A stretch of 64,000 nucleotides of DNA from Candidatus Bathyarchaeia archaeon (lineage in GTDB: Archaea > Thermoproteota > Bathyarchaeia > Bathyarchaeales > Bathycorpusculaceae): positions 53,552 to 117,551 of the forward strand of contig JBEKKX010000001.1 of assembly GCA_050010515.1 (NCBI GenBank), written 5' to 3'. The notes under the pieces are model-generated. The model worked only from the letters and a program-made list of their open reading frames with translations. It was not told the DNA's origin and ran no database searches. A program made the position numbers and the translations under genes. Positions 46,262-56,181 of the stretch are shown piece after piece (position 1 is the stretch's first letter; the number at the start of each line of letters is the position of its first letter).

Positions 46262-47596
46262 ATGCCCAATGTTCTAAACCTAAAACCAGACGAAATTGAT
46301 ACAAAAGAACAACGCTCAAAATATCTGGTTAGCGTTGTGGGATGTGGACAAAAAGGAATCCTTTACGCTAACGCCTTCGCTGATGCCGGCTTTAAAGTTG
46401 CATGCTCAGACTCTGACCCGAGCGTGATAAAAAAATTAGCAAAAGGAAAAACGCCCTTCGCGGAACAAGAAATTGAAGGTAAACTGAAAGGCTTGATCAA
46501 CGCAGGTCAATTAAGCGTTACCAGCGAACTGAAAAAAGCTGTTTCTCGAAGCGATATAATTATCATAACTGTACCGGCAAAAGTTGATGATAAGAAAAAA
46601 ATTGATTACTCAGAAGCATTAAACGCTTGCAAGCAAATTGGATCAGCACTCCATTCGGGCACGCTGGTTATTTATGGTGATGTTGCGGGTTTGGGTTTTA
46701 CTGAAGGAATAATGAAGGAAACATTGGAGAACACATCAGGGCTAAAGGTTGGGCAGGATTTCGGTTTAGCCTACATTCCGATCCATAACTTAGGTGCCAA
46801 GCCCATTGAGCCGATAGCCAACTTGGAGTTAAATGTTGCTGCAATTGGTAAACCCAGCCAAGATGCGGCTATGAACGTTCTAAAAACTATAACAAAAAAC
46901 GTTAAACAAATAAGCGACGTGAAAACAGCAGAAATAGCGACGCTTTTTAAGGCGGCAAAACAGGAGGCAAACACGGCGTTAGCAAGTGAGTTGGCGGTTT
47001 TCTGTGAAAGCGCAAACATAGATTACTTTGAAGTTTTAAAATTGTTGGAGTTTAATGACCCAAATTTTTGGCCCACAACTGTTGAGGAAGAAAACAAAAA
47101 TGTAGCGTATCTTCTGCTTGAAAGCGCGGAAAACCTGAATGTTAAACTTAGGCTCCCAACGTTGGCTAGGCAAATAAACGAAGACATGGTTAAACACGCG
47201 GTTAATTTAACGCAAGATGCTCTGCGGAGATGTGGCAAAACGTTGAGAAGAGCAAGGATTGCCGTTTTAGGCACAGTTAACCCAAGTACTGCTACGGTCG
47301 TTTTTGTTAAAATGTTAGAGTTGAAAGGCGCTAAAGCCAGCCTTTATGACCCCGCATCAAAAAGAGATGCACTGGATTCAGGAGTGGTAACGACTAGCTT
47401 AAATGAGGCAGTGGAAGGCGCAGACTGCATAGTGATACTCACCGGGGAGGAGCAGTTTAAACACTTAAACCTACGGAAACTTAAACCATTAACGAAGACA
47501 CCCTCAGTAATCGTAGATTTGGCAGGTGCCTTTGAGCCTCAAAAAGTGGAAACAGAAGGCTTCATATACCTTGGATTTGGAAGAGGAAAGGAATAA
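46262..47596 (+). CDS. UDP-glucose/GDP-mannose dehydrogenase-family protein with degenerate catalytic motifs
   Basis: Family fold recognisable (LENTSGLKVGQDFGLAY, EAVEGAD) but catalytic Cys and Lys motifs are missing. Confidence 0.8.
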   Translation: MPNVLNLKPDEIDTKEQRSKYLVSVVGCGQKGILYANAFADAGFKVACSDSDPSVIKKLAKGKTPFAEQEIEGKLKGLINAGQLSVTSELKKAVSRSDIIIITVPAKVDDKKKIDYSEALNACKQIGSALHSGTLVIYGDVAGLGFTEGIMKETLENTSGLKVGQDFGLAYIPIHNLGAKPIEPIANLELNVAAIGKPSQDAAMNVLKTITKNVKQISDVKTAEIATLFKAAKQEANTALASELAVFCESANIDYFEVLKLLEFNDPNFWPTTVEEENKNVAYLLLESAENLNVKLRLPTLARQINEDMVKHAVNLTQDALRRCGKTLRRARIAVLGTVNPSTATVVFVKMLELKGAKASLYDPASKRDALDSGVVTTSLNEAVEGADCIVILTGEEQFKHLNLRKLKPLTKTPSVIVDLAGAFEPQKVETEGFIYLGFGRGKE

Positions 47597-47599
47597 AAA

Positions 47600-48550
47600 A
47601 TGAAGAAAGTTGGAGTGGCAGTAATCGGTATAGGCTCTTGGGGAAAAAACCATGCAAGAGTCTACAAAGAATTGCCCTCAACTGAACTAATTGCAATTTG
47701 CGATGTAAATGCTGAAAGAGCTAAAACCATGGCTAACCAATACGGCGTAAAAGCCTACACTAACAGCTCTCGAATGCTGAAAAACAAAGAAATAGAAGCC
47801 GTAAGCGTTTGCACATGGTCAACACACCTTGCAAAGGAAGCACTCAAAGCACTCAGAGCAGGAAAGCATGTTCTGGTTGAGAAGCCCATGGCCACCAACA
47901 CAAAGCAAGCGGAAAAGCTTTGTGAAACTGCAGAGCAAAATGATCTTATCTTAACCGTAGGTTTTTTGATGAGGTTCATTCCTGGATTACAGAGTATCCG
48001 TGAGGCGGTTGAGAGCAAAAAAATCGGCGAGTTAGTCTGCGCAAACGCAAAACGCGTTTCCCAATGGCCTGAAAGAATAGGCGATATCGGAGTAGTTAAA
48101 GACACAGCGATACATGACATAGATGTCATGCGTTTCATATCCAAACAGGACCCTATTACCGTTTACGCGAAAATGGGAAGCATGAGACATCTAAAATTTG
48201 AAGACTACGCCCACATAATGCTCACATACAAGAGCGGAGAAAGCGCCTTCATAGAATCCAACTGGCTAACACCTTATAAAACGCGAACGTTAACGGTCAC
48301 GGGAAGCGACGCTATAATGAGACTGGATTACATAACGCAAGATTTATGGGTTGAACAGCAAAAAGAGACGGTGCAACCAAGATACCCATTCCAAGAACCA
48401 CTGAAATGTGAACTTCAACACTTCGCTGAATGCGTGCTTGAAAAGAAAAAGCCACTTATAACAGGAGAGGACGGCGTAAAAGCCCTAGAAATTGCTCAAG
48501 CCGCAGTGCAATCCTCGGCTAAAAACAGAGCGATACAACTAAAAAACTAA
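47600..48550 (+). CDS. Gfo/Idh/MocA oxidoreductase (UDP-GlcNAc(A) 3-dehydrogenase-like)
   Basis: GIGSWG, GKHVLVEKP, GFLMRF, DTAIHDID. Confidence 0.9.
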   Translation: MKKVGVAVIGIGSWGKNHARVYKELPSTELIAICDVNAERAKTMANQYGVKAYTNSSRMLKNKEIEAVSVCTWSTHLAKEALKALRAGKHVLVEKPMATNTKQAEKLCETAEQNDLILTVGFLMRFIPGLQSIREAVESKKIGELVCANAKRVSQWPERIGDIGVVKDTAIHDIDVMRFISKQDPITVYAKMGSMRHLKFEDYAHIMLTYKSGESAFIESNWLTPYKTRTLTVTGSDAIMRLDYITQDLWVEQQKETVQPRYPFQEPLKCELQHFAECVLEKKKPLITGEDGVKALEIAQAAVQSSAKNRAIQLKN

Positions 48551-48555
48551 AAAGT

Positions 48556-48825
48556 TTATTTTAAATTGAAGGGTTTTCCTTCAGAAACTATTTTTTCAGG
48601 AATTTTTTCCTTCCATTTCTTCAAGAAAGGCAGGTCTTCAGATTCCTTTCGTAACTCGTCAGGCAACATTTCTGGAATTTCATCGCGTATAGGATACCAT
48701 CGTAAACATTTGGGGCAGACGATTAAGCCTTCCACTATCTCGTCTTTTTCTTCGAAAACGTGAAGTTCAAGGGGATGATACTTGTCTATGGGGCAGGCCA
48801 AGATTTCCATTAATTTCCGCTTCAT
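48556..48825 (-). CDS. Trm112-family methyltransferase activator
   Basis: LMEILACPIDK, CPKCLRWYPIRDEIPEML. Confidence 0.93.
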   Translation of the reverse strand: MKRKLMEILACPIDKYHPLELHVFEEKDEIVEGLIVCPKCLRWYPIRDEIPEMLPDELRKESEDLPFLKKWKEKIPEKIVSEGKPFNLK

Positions 48826-48861
48826 TTTTCTTCACGAAATAGATAGTTAACTATTAAGCTA

Positions 48862-49728
48862 TTAAAACTTGCTTGGCAACGAAGCGACCTGTATATCGAG
48901 AGCGGTTTGGTACCAGTTAGGACCCGTGCTTCGAACCACACGAGAAAAAGCAAAAATGTAACCTACGCCGAGGCTATCAAGTTTTTGGGCTACCTTCAAC
49001 TTGGTTTTTTCAACTGGTTTTTCGTTGCCCGCCGCATGTTGGAAATCATAGTAGTGGATCCAACCGCCATGTTTTTTGAGCGCTGAAACTGCATAGGGCA
49101 GGTATTCGAGGGCTTTTTCAGGCAAAGGCATCAAGACACGGTCAGCCTTCCCTTGCAGTTGAGCATTAATAATGTCTTTTGAGTCGCCAAGCAAAGGAAT
49201 TACTTTACCGTAAACCCTGTTGATTCTAACGTTCTCCTCCATGTATTGAACTGCGATTGGGTTAACATCAATCGAGAACACTTTAGTTTTGCTCACGGTT
49301 TTAGCGATTACTATGCTAAAGCAGCCGACGCCTGAAAACATGTTAACAACCGTCTCGCCACCCTTAACTAGGCTTGCGATCCGTAATCTTTCATGCGAAA
49401 GCCGGGGTGAAAAATAACATTTTTCAACATCAACCGCAAAGACGCAACCTGATTCTTTATATTTGGTGCTGGTTTTGTCTTCGCCTGCCAACAATCTTAG
49501 TTCCCTAACTCTAAAATCACCCATGATGGGACTAGTTTGGGCAAAAACTGTTTTCACGTTTCTGTGGACAGCCATTATTTGGCTTGCTACTTTTTCAGCA
49601 TTGACGATATTGCCATCTGGCACTTTAATGATTGCTATGTCGCCTATTACGTCGAAAGAATTGTAAATTAGGCTTAACTCTGCTGAAGAGAAGGCGGCGG
49701 AAAGTTTTTTTCGAAGCCTTTTTCTCAA
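48862..49728 (-). CDS. Trm5/Taw2 (Met-10) family tRNA-modifying SAM-dependent transferase
   Basis: DVIGDIAII, YFSPRL..ER, MFSGVG, DVNP, RVLMPLP. Confidence 0.9.
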   Translation of the reverse strand: MRKRLRKKLSAAFSSAELSLIYNSFDVIGDIAIIKVPDGNIVNAEKVASQIMAVHRNVKTVFAQTSPIMGDFRVRELRLLAGEDKTSTKYKESGCVFAVDVEKCYFSPRLSHERLRIASLVKGGETVVNMFSGVGCFSIVIAKTVSKTKVFSIDVNPIAVQYMEENVRINRVYGKVIPLLGDSKDIINAQLQGKADRVLMPLPEKALEYLPYAVSALKKHGGWIHYYDFQHAAGNEKPVEKTKLKVAQKLDSLGVGYIFAFSRVVRSTGPNWYQTALDIQVASLPSKF

Positions 49729-49806
49729 CTTTATATCCTCATTAATAGCAAGGTACTGGAAACATTTAAAAGCAAAATACTTTTCTTTGTAGGAGAGGCG
49801 TTTCTA

Positions 49807-49968
49807 ATGGAAAAGTCAGGAATTGTTTATGAATGCATGAGATGCGGGGCAAGAGTGCCATCCGAAGAATTAGAGCTGCGTGGCGGAGAGACCAAATGCA
49901 TCATCTGCGGCTATAGGATTCTGAAAAAAGTTAAACCTCCAGTAGTTAAACGTGTTCAATCAAAATAA
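49807..49968 (+). CDS. rpoP: DNA-directed RNA polymerase subunit Rpo12 (P), 53 aa; absent from the ORF track
   Basis: Manual translation MEKSGIVYECMRCGARV...KCIICGYRILKKVKPPVVKRVQSK. Confidence 0.93.
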   Translation: MEKSGIVYECMRCGARVPSEELELRGGETKCIICGYRILKKVKPPVVKRVQSK

Positions 49969-50025
49969 GAAAGGAATACTCGTACTTTTAGCACAAGTAC
50001 CTCAGTTTTTAATTTTGGTTTATGT

Positions 50026-50337
50026 TTAAAAGATTTCTTTGTCTCCGAGTTTGCGCAAAGCTTTTCCTTTAAGTTTTATTGTTTCACCCAAGAAATCGTC
50101 GTCAAGGTCTTTTTCAACGGTTTGGCGTCTGACGGTTTCGCCGCATACTCCTTTTGGCAATAACCGCCTTTTTAAGCACATAGAATATGTGCAGTTTGCG
50201 ACATCGCACATTTCTTCGGTCCATTTGCACCAAATGCAGTTTTGTCGGTAGAAGGTAGAGTTTTGGCTGCACTTAAAAGAAGGGCAGGTTGGAGAACAAG
50301 CTTTTGGTTGAGCCAATAGATACACCTCAATTGTCAA
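50026..50337 (-). CDS. Cys-rich hypothetical protein
   Basis: 103 aa with about 10 Cys (CSPTCPSFKC, CIWC, CDVANCTYSMC, C). Confidence 0.7.
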   Translation of the reverse strand: MTIEVYLLAQPKACSPTCPSFKCSQNSTFYRQNCIWCKWTEEMCDVANCTYSMCLKRRLLPKGVCGETVRRQTVEKDLDDDFLGETIKLKGKALRKLGDKEIF

Positions 50338-50449
50338 GTCAAAATATGTTGTGATGTTTTGTCTTTACAGTTTCTTAATGTTATTTGGAAGCCATATAAA
50401 CTTTTTTCTTATCAGGGATGAAATTGATATTTAGCTTTCACGGGATTGT

Positions 50450-52573
50450 TTAACTTTTTTTTCGCCTGTAAATTTCCACGGTAGCGAACAGAACTATAGC
50501 TACTAATATTATGATTATGGTTATCAGTGAACTTACTGGTATCAAGAAGCCCCCGAGAACAATATACCGATCAAGTTGTATCCGAACTGAAGTTGGCTTA
50601 TCAACGGTTAGAGTTACAGCTTGATAACTATTCTGTGCTCCTTGAGCAAACGCTACTATCTGCATGTCACCACCAATAACATTATTGAAAGTTGCAGTTC
50701 CGTCGCCTTGAGTCATAGCTGAGAGTTGCTCTGTCGCTGGCCCATTTAATGTGACGTTAGCGTTTGAAATAGGCGTACCGAAGAAGTCAACGACTGATAC
50801 TGATACTTGAATGCCGTAGAGTGAGCAAATTATTTGTTGTTGACTTGCGCCGAAGACTTCGATGTTTGTTTCGTTGATTAGGATGTTGTCTTTATAAATT
50901 TGTAACCTGTACATTCCAAAAGTAACTTGGCTGGTAGCTGAGCCTGAGCTATCGGTTGTGGCAGTATAGAATAAGCCATTTGTTAATTCAACGAGGTTTA
51001 TGCTGGCACTAGGGATTGCAGCTTTATTATAACCAACTACATTGATTGTTAATGCTTCGTTTGGACATATTATCACTACTTCTGTGAGTGCCTGTGCTGG
51101 AAGATTGTTGATAGTGTTATTACCAGAGTTGAAAACTTGATTGTATAATGAAGCGTTTATACTATAGCTTATTCCAGTCAGGGTCGAGTTTAATATGTAG
51201 GTTCCTGAAGGGTCTGTTTGAGCTGAAACGTTTCCTGTTTGAGAAGACCCACCGTTTGTGGGTTGATACTGGTATGTAATGGTTAAATTCACAAACGGCA
51301 GTGTAATTCCATTTTCGTTTTGAACTGTTATTTTAAGGTCAGTTAATTGGCATGACAGGGTGAAAGCGCCATTGCCTGTAACAGTTATGTTGGTTTCTCC
51401 AACGTTAACGCCGTTCCAAAACGCAGTTAAAGAACAAAGGCCTGTTTCAAGCTTCAAGTTGACTATTCCATTTGATCCGCTTGTACCGTTATAAACTGCG
51501 CCGCTTGCTTGATCTAAGGCTTTAACCAGTATTTGAGGAACAATTTCACTGGCCAGGTTTACTGTTTCAACTTGAATAGAGTATCCAGGAATCGAAAAGG
51601 TCTCTACGTCTTTTATCGCTTTCTGAATGCCTGTAGGAGTTATTGTTACATTATAATTTCCAATTACAGCATTTTGGGGAACCACCCATGTTGCATTGAT
51701 TATACCACCAGCCGAAGCTGTTAGTGATTGAGAGTCGAGAGTTGCACCGGTTGCATCTCTGATGATGCTCAGTGCCGCAGCCTGCCCCGGTTGGTAACCT
51801 GTCGCTCCTATTGTTACTGTTTGGCCTCTGTGATATGTGGTTGAATCAAGGAAGCCAACGGAAAATTGGCTTTGCGCCAAAGAGGCAGACTGGTTAAAGT
51901 AAACAGTGTATGTACCTACATAATTGGTGGTATTACCACTCGGTTGGAAACTACTGCCTGGATAAGTGACTTGCCCAGTTGCAGTTCCATCTTGGTTGGA
52001 GGTCCCCATTGACACTATAGTTGAATATTCTGTTTTAAGTGGGCTTGGAAGTACAACGGAAACATTCGCAGCGTAGGCGGCGTTTGGAACCCCTCCGGTG
52101 ACACTGGCAGTCAATGCTACACTGCTTCCTTCCTGTGCTTGTGAAGGGACAGCACTTATGGAGTAGTCAGTCAGAACTAGGAATGATTCAGGCGTAGTGC
52201 CAGTGGAATTTAAGTTAATTGCGACGTCTCTAAGCGTTAAATCATAACTACCGCTTGGAAACGCAGGCACAGTAAAGTTCGCATTAACGTAATACCCCTC
52301 AGGGTAGGTATTGCCACTGGCAACAACAGTTTTTCCAAATATTATTTGGTAGGAACTGTTTGCAGTGTAAATGGTTCCTTTCAGATTAAAAGCTTGACCT
52401 ACAGTCCCATTATATTGGCTTTGTCCGTTACTTACAGTAGAGCTTGCCAGAGTTACCTGTAAAATTTCTACACCAAGGCTTTGGCTTTGCCCAAAGACTA
52501 TAGCGATAGGTGTAAGCGCAACGGCTAAGGACATTAAGACTAAGAGGGTGACTGCACCAATTTTTTTATTCAA
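50450..52573 (-). CDS. Secreted, C-terminally membrane-anchored Ig-like/carboxypeptidase-regulatory-like repeat surface protein
   Basis: N-terminal signal peptide, T/S/N/G-rich beta repeats (TD..G.ATF), C-terminal TM helix plus YRRKKS. Confidence 0.8.
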   Translation of the reverse strand: MNKKIGAVTLLVLMSLAVALTPIAIVFGQSQSLGVEILQVTLASSTVSNGQSQYNGTVGQAFNLKGTIYTANSSYQIIFGKTVVASGNTYPEGYYVNANFTVPAFPSGSYDLTLRDVAINLNSTGTTPESFLVLTDYSISAVPSQAQEGSSVALTASVTGGVPNAAYAANVSVVLPSPLKTEYSTIVSMGTSNQDGTATGQVTYPGSSFQPSGNTTNYVGTYTVYFNQSASLAQSQFSVGFLDSTTYHRGQTVTIGATGYQPGQAAALSIIRDATGATLDSQSLTASAGGIINATWVVPQNAVIGNYNVTITPTGIQKAIKDVETFSIPGYSIQVETVNLASEIVPQILVKALDQASGAVYNGTSGSNGIVNLKLETGLCSLTAFWNGVNVGETNITVTGNGAFTLSCQLTDLKITVQNENGITLPFVNLTITYQYQPTNGGSSQTGNVSAQTDPSGTYILNSTLTGISYSINASLYNQVFNSGNNTINNLPAQALTEVVIICPNEALTINVVGYNKAAIPSASINLVELTNGLFYTATTDSSGSATSQVTFGMYRLQIYKDNILINETNIEVFGASQQQIICSLYGIQVSVSVVDFFGTPISNANVTLNGPATEQLSAMTQGDGTATFNNVIGGDMQIVAFAQGAQNSYQAVTLTVDKPTSVRIQLDRYIVLGGFLIPVSSLITIIIILVAIVLFATVEIYRRKKS

Positions 52574-52787
52574 ACCACTCTGCTCTCCGATAGATAGCCA
52601 TCCAACGTTTAATAACTGATGATTTAACTAAAAGATGATTTTAAACTTTGCCATTAGATCGTTGGATAGAAAGCCTGAACAAGCTAAAACAACTTGAAGA
52701 AATCTGATTTCAACCCAAAAATTAGTTTTATACAACGGATTTTTAAGAGACAGAAGATTCAAAGTATGAATAGATTTCGGTGAAAAC

Positions 52788-53750
52788 TTGGAAAAAAGCA
52801 CTGCCGCCATGCTTTTAGGCGCTTTAAAGAAGCAAAAATACCATTTGGTAGGCAGTCATTCAGCGGTTAAAAGATGTAAATGGCTTTATGAATCTATAGT
52901 TAATGATAGACAGTGTTATAAACAGAAGTTTTATGGCATAAAATCGCATAGATGCATTCAGATGTCACCTTCCCTTTACTATTGCACTCAACAATGCTTG
53001 TTTTGTTGGAGAGCCCAAAGCGGGGACTTGCAGGTTACTTGGGACGAGATGAAAATTCCAAGAGTGGACTCACCAGAAGAAATTATTCAGGGAAGCCTTA
53101 GGGCGCAAGAAAAAATTTTAACTGGATACAAGGGAAACCCAAAAACAAACTGGCGCAAATTTCAAGAAGCCTTAACGCCTAAGCATGTTGCGATAAGTTT
53201 AACCGGTGAACCGACGCTTTACGAGCCGCTTGGAGAGTTGATTCAGGCATTTCATCAAAAAGGTTTCACCACTTTTCTTGTTTCAAATGGCACTTTGCCA
53301 ACTAAACTTTCAAATCTAAGTCAAGAACCGACCCAACTCTACATTTCAGTATGTGCACCAAACGAGCAGGTATACAAGCAAGTTTGCCGTCCTCAATTTC
53401 CCAGCGCTTGGACGAAATTAAACGAGACGCTTGGTTTATTGCAGAGTTTCCATTGTCCCACAGTAATTCGCATGACGCTTGTAAAAGAGCACAACATGAG
53501 CCATGTGGATGAATACGCTAAAATTGTTGAGAAAGCCAATCCCACATACATTGAAGCAAAAGCGTATATGCATATTGGTTTTTCAACTCTCCGCTTGGGC
53601 TTTGAGAGCATGCCTCTGCATAGCGAAGTTAAGGATTTTGCTGGGCAGTTAGCTGAGAAAACTGGGTACAAGGTTATTAATGAAGCACCAGAAAGCAGAG
53701 TCGTACTATTAAGCAGGCTACAGAAGCCTATTCAGGTTACAACCAACTAG
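52788..53750 (+). CDS. taw1: 4-demethylwyosine synthase (radical SAM)
   Basis: HSAVKRCKW, CYKQKFYGIKSHRC, CTQQCLFCWR, SLTGEP, EAKAYM. Confidence 0.95.
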   Translation: MEKSTAAMLLGALKKQKYHLVGSHSAVKRCKWLYESIVNDRQCYKQKFYGIKSHRCIQMSPSLYYCTQQCLFCWRAQSGDLQVTWDEMKIPRVDSPEEIIQGSLRAQEKILTGYKGNPKTNWRKFQEALTPKHVAISLTGEPTLYEPLGELIQAFHQKGFTTFLVSNGTLPTKLSNLSQEPTQLYISVCAPNEQVYKQVCRPQFPSAWTKLNETLGLLQSFHCPTVIRMTLVKEHNMSHVDEYAKIVEKANPTYIEAKAYMHIGFSTLRLGFESMPLHSEVKDFAGQLAEKTGYKVINEAPESRVVLLSRLQKPIQVTTN

Positions 53751-54102
53751 CCGCATTTGGTGTTAGATGTGTGTTTTTAGCTGGTGCTTTTAGTCCAAGT
53801 AATTGTGTTATGCTTTTAGCATTCTTATTTCAATAGTAAATAGTACCCTCCCTCCCACTCCTGGAAGAGCTCGTTTTGGATTGCTTTTTTGGTTTAGGCC
53901 TTGAATTAGCGTTAGGCTGCAGTATTTCTGGTAAATTTTGTTATATAAAGGGTAAAAGGCATTAAAGAGTGCTTGATTGTGAGCCTGCAATCTTCAAAAC
54001 CAAATTGCAAACAGGAAACCGAATTTGTTCTAAATACACATTGCTGGATAAATTTAAATACTTATTTTTTGCCATATGCTTAACTGCCAAGCGGTTGTTA
54101 CT

Positions 54103-54288
54103 ATGGTAAGTGAAGGAAGAGGACGTTTGTTTAGAAGAAAAGATGGCAAATACCTTATCTATCTTCCTAAAGACCTAGCGGAAGACAGCATGTTTCCATT
54201 TAAAGTAACAGACTCAATATTCGTCAAAGTAAGCTTCGCCCCAGGAGACAGTAAAGTCCTAATTGAGAAATGGACTGGCTCTCAATAG
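54103..54288 (+). CDS. Small AbrB/SpoVT-like protein
   Basis: GKYLIYLPKDLAEDSMFPF pattern; fold inferred. Confidence 0.55.
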   Translation: MVSEGRGRLFRRKDGKYLIYLPKDLAEDSMFPFKVTDSIFVKVSFAPGDSKVLIEKWTGSQ

Positions 54289-54350
54289 CCATATAATTTT
54301 TAAATTTTTAGGAAATTGAAATAAATAACCTAGCAATTCATTCTAATTAG

Positions 54351-55025
54351 ATGATAAGTTTGTCCTCTTTAGAGACTATTCTTCAAGAAGTAAAAAACGA
54401 GCTCATGCAAAAAAATAAAATTCGCGAAGAAACACACGAAAGCATGCGGAAAGCAACAAGCCTATCTAAACAATCTATACTTTTGATTCACCAGAAAAAA
54501 TATGCTGAGGCTGAAGAATTCATTGAGAACGCTAAAGAAAAAATTTCAAGCCTTCAGGTTTTATCTAAGGAGTATCCTGAGATTATTTACGGTGGCATGT
54601 TTAGTGCAGCGCTTCAGGAATATTCAGAAGCACGCGTATTTTTGATTCTAGTTAAGGAATCGCGCTTTGCAACGCCGGCTGAGATTAATGTGCCTTCAGT
54701 TGATTACGTGCTTGGCTTAGCAGATGTTATAGGTGAATACAGGCGTTTAGCACTTGACAATTTACGCGAAGGCGAGGTTAAAAAAGGAGAAGAATGCCTA
54801 GAAATCATGGATCAAATGTTCATTCAGTTATTGGCTCTTGATGAGGCTTACATACTTGTTCCAGGACTCAGGCATAAATCTGACATTGCAAGAAGAATAA
54901 TCGAAGCCACACGAGGCGACGTGACATTGGAAATTCGCAGAAAATCCCTTGAAGATTGCTTAAAGAAAATTCAGCCCGTAAAACGCAGCACTACTAAACG
55001 TAAAACCAAAAAGGTTAACATTTGA
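54351..55025 (+). CDS. Translin/TRAX-family protein
   Basis: ALQEYSEA, YVLGLADVIGEYRR, GLRHKSD. Confidence 0.88.
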   Translation: MISLSSLETILQEVKNELMQKNKIREETHESMRKATSLSKQSILLIHQKKYAEAEEFIENAKEKISSLQVLSKEYPEIIYGGMFSAALQEYSEARVFLILVKESRFATPAEINVPSVDYVLGLADVIGEYRRLALDNLREGEVKKGEECLEIMDQMFIQLLALDEAYILVPGLRHKSDIARRIIEATRGDVTLEIRRKSLEDCLKKIQPVKRSTTKRKTKKVNI

Positions 55026-55711
55026 ATAAACCCCACAAGTTAATGAAGAATTTTTCAGTAGAAAAAGCGCACAAGACACAACTTTGTTTATCACAGAAAA
55101 TTATTTTGAAAGATAAGTTACCGCCAAAAATTAGAATCATTGCAGGCGTCGATGTTTCATACATTGGCAATATTGGCGTCGGCGCGATAGCGGTTTTAGA
55201 TTATGAATCGCTGAAACTTTTAGAAACCCAAGTTGCAGCCTGCCAAGTTAGGATGCCATATATTCCAACTTTGCTGTCTTTTAGGGAAATTCCTCCCACG
55301 GTGGCAGCAATAAATAAGTTGAAGCTTCAGCCCGATGTTTTTCTTGTTGACGCACAAGGAATCGCGCATCCGTACAGGTGCGGATTTGCCAGCCACCTTG
55401 GACTTGCAATTGGAAAACCGACTGTTGGCGCTGCAAAAAGCAGGTTGATAGGTACGCCATTGGAGAAGGATGGAGAAACCTTTTTGGTTGATAAGGGCGA
55501 AATCATCGGTGCCGTCGTGACTACAAAGCAAGGTGCCAAGCCCATTTACGTGAGCATCGGGCACATGGTGTCTCTTGAAACAGCCGTCAAAATGGTTAAG
55601 CACTGTGCTAGAAGTCGAATTCCTGAGCCGCTGTTGCAAGCTCACAAGTTAGCGACTAAAGAAAGAATCAGGCTTGCGAAGGAAAGCAAAGTAAATATCA
55701 CTGAAAATTAA
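55022..55711 (+). CDS. nfi: Endonuclease V
   Basis: AGVDVSY, YIPTLLSFRE, DAQGIAHP...GFASH, GAAKS, VSIGH, PEP. Confidence 0.95.
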   Translation: MNKPHKLMKNFSVEKAHKTQLCLSQKIILKDKLPPKIRIIAGVDVSYIGNIGVGAIAVLDYESLKLLETQVAACQVRMPYIPTLLSFREIPPTVAAINKLKLQPDVFLVDAQGIAHPYRCGFASHLGLAIGKPTVGAAKSRLIGTPLEKDGETFLVDKGEIIGAVVTTKQGAKPIYVSIGHMVSLETAVKMVKHCARSRIPEPLLQAHKLATKERIRLAKESKVNITEN

Positions 55712-55725
55712 ACTATCACTAGAGC

Positions 55726-56067
55726 GTGAATTATTTGGGTGAAGAAATATCATTCGCTGAATTCCAAAAACTTGACTTGCGCATAGGAAAAATAATCGAA
55801 GCAAACCAAATTCCAAACTCAAAAAAGCTAATTAGAATAATTGTTGACTTTGGGTCGGAGAAAAGGCAGGCGGTTGCGGGTCTGCTTAAGTATTATAAGC
55901 CTGAGGAGTTGGTTGGCAAAAAATGCGTTTTCCTGTTGAATCTTCAAAGGCGCGTGTTGGCGGGTGTGGAATCGCAGTGCATGATTTTAGCAGCTGAAGA
56001 TAATGAAGGAAACGTTATTGTGCTTCAGCCCGAAAAGGATATTGCTGAAGGAACCAAAATCGGCTAA
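55726..56067 (+). CDS. Stand-alone tRNA-binding OB-fold protein (Trbp111/CsaA/MetRS C-terminal-like)
   Basis: FQKLDLRIGKI, QAVAG, Y.PEELVGK, NL..R..GVESQCMILAA. Confidence 0.92.
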   Translation: MNYLGEEISFAEFQKLDLRIGKIIEANQIPNSKKLIRIIVDFGSEKRQAVAGLLKYYKPEELVGKKCVFLLNLQRRVLAGVESQCMILAAEDNEGNVIVLQPEKDIAEGTKIG

Positions 56068-56181
56068 GCGACGACCCCAACTTAGAGACATTTTTTAGCC
56101 AGATTTCACTCCTAGTCGGCACGGAAAAGTAAATTAAGAAAGCAATCACGTTATTTTATGATTTGTTATTGAGGGTTACTA

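Noticed and set aside
52628-52810. 60-aa minus-strand ORF upstream of taw1
   Set aside because: AT-rich divergent promoter region, overlaps the taw1 start, and has no recognisable features
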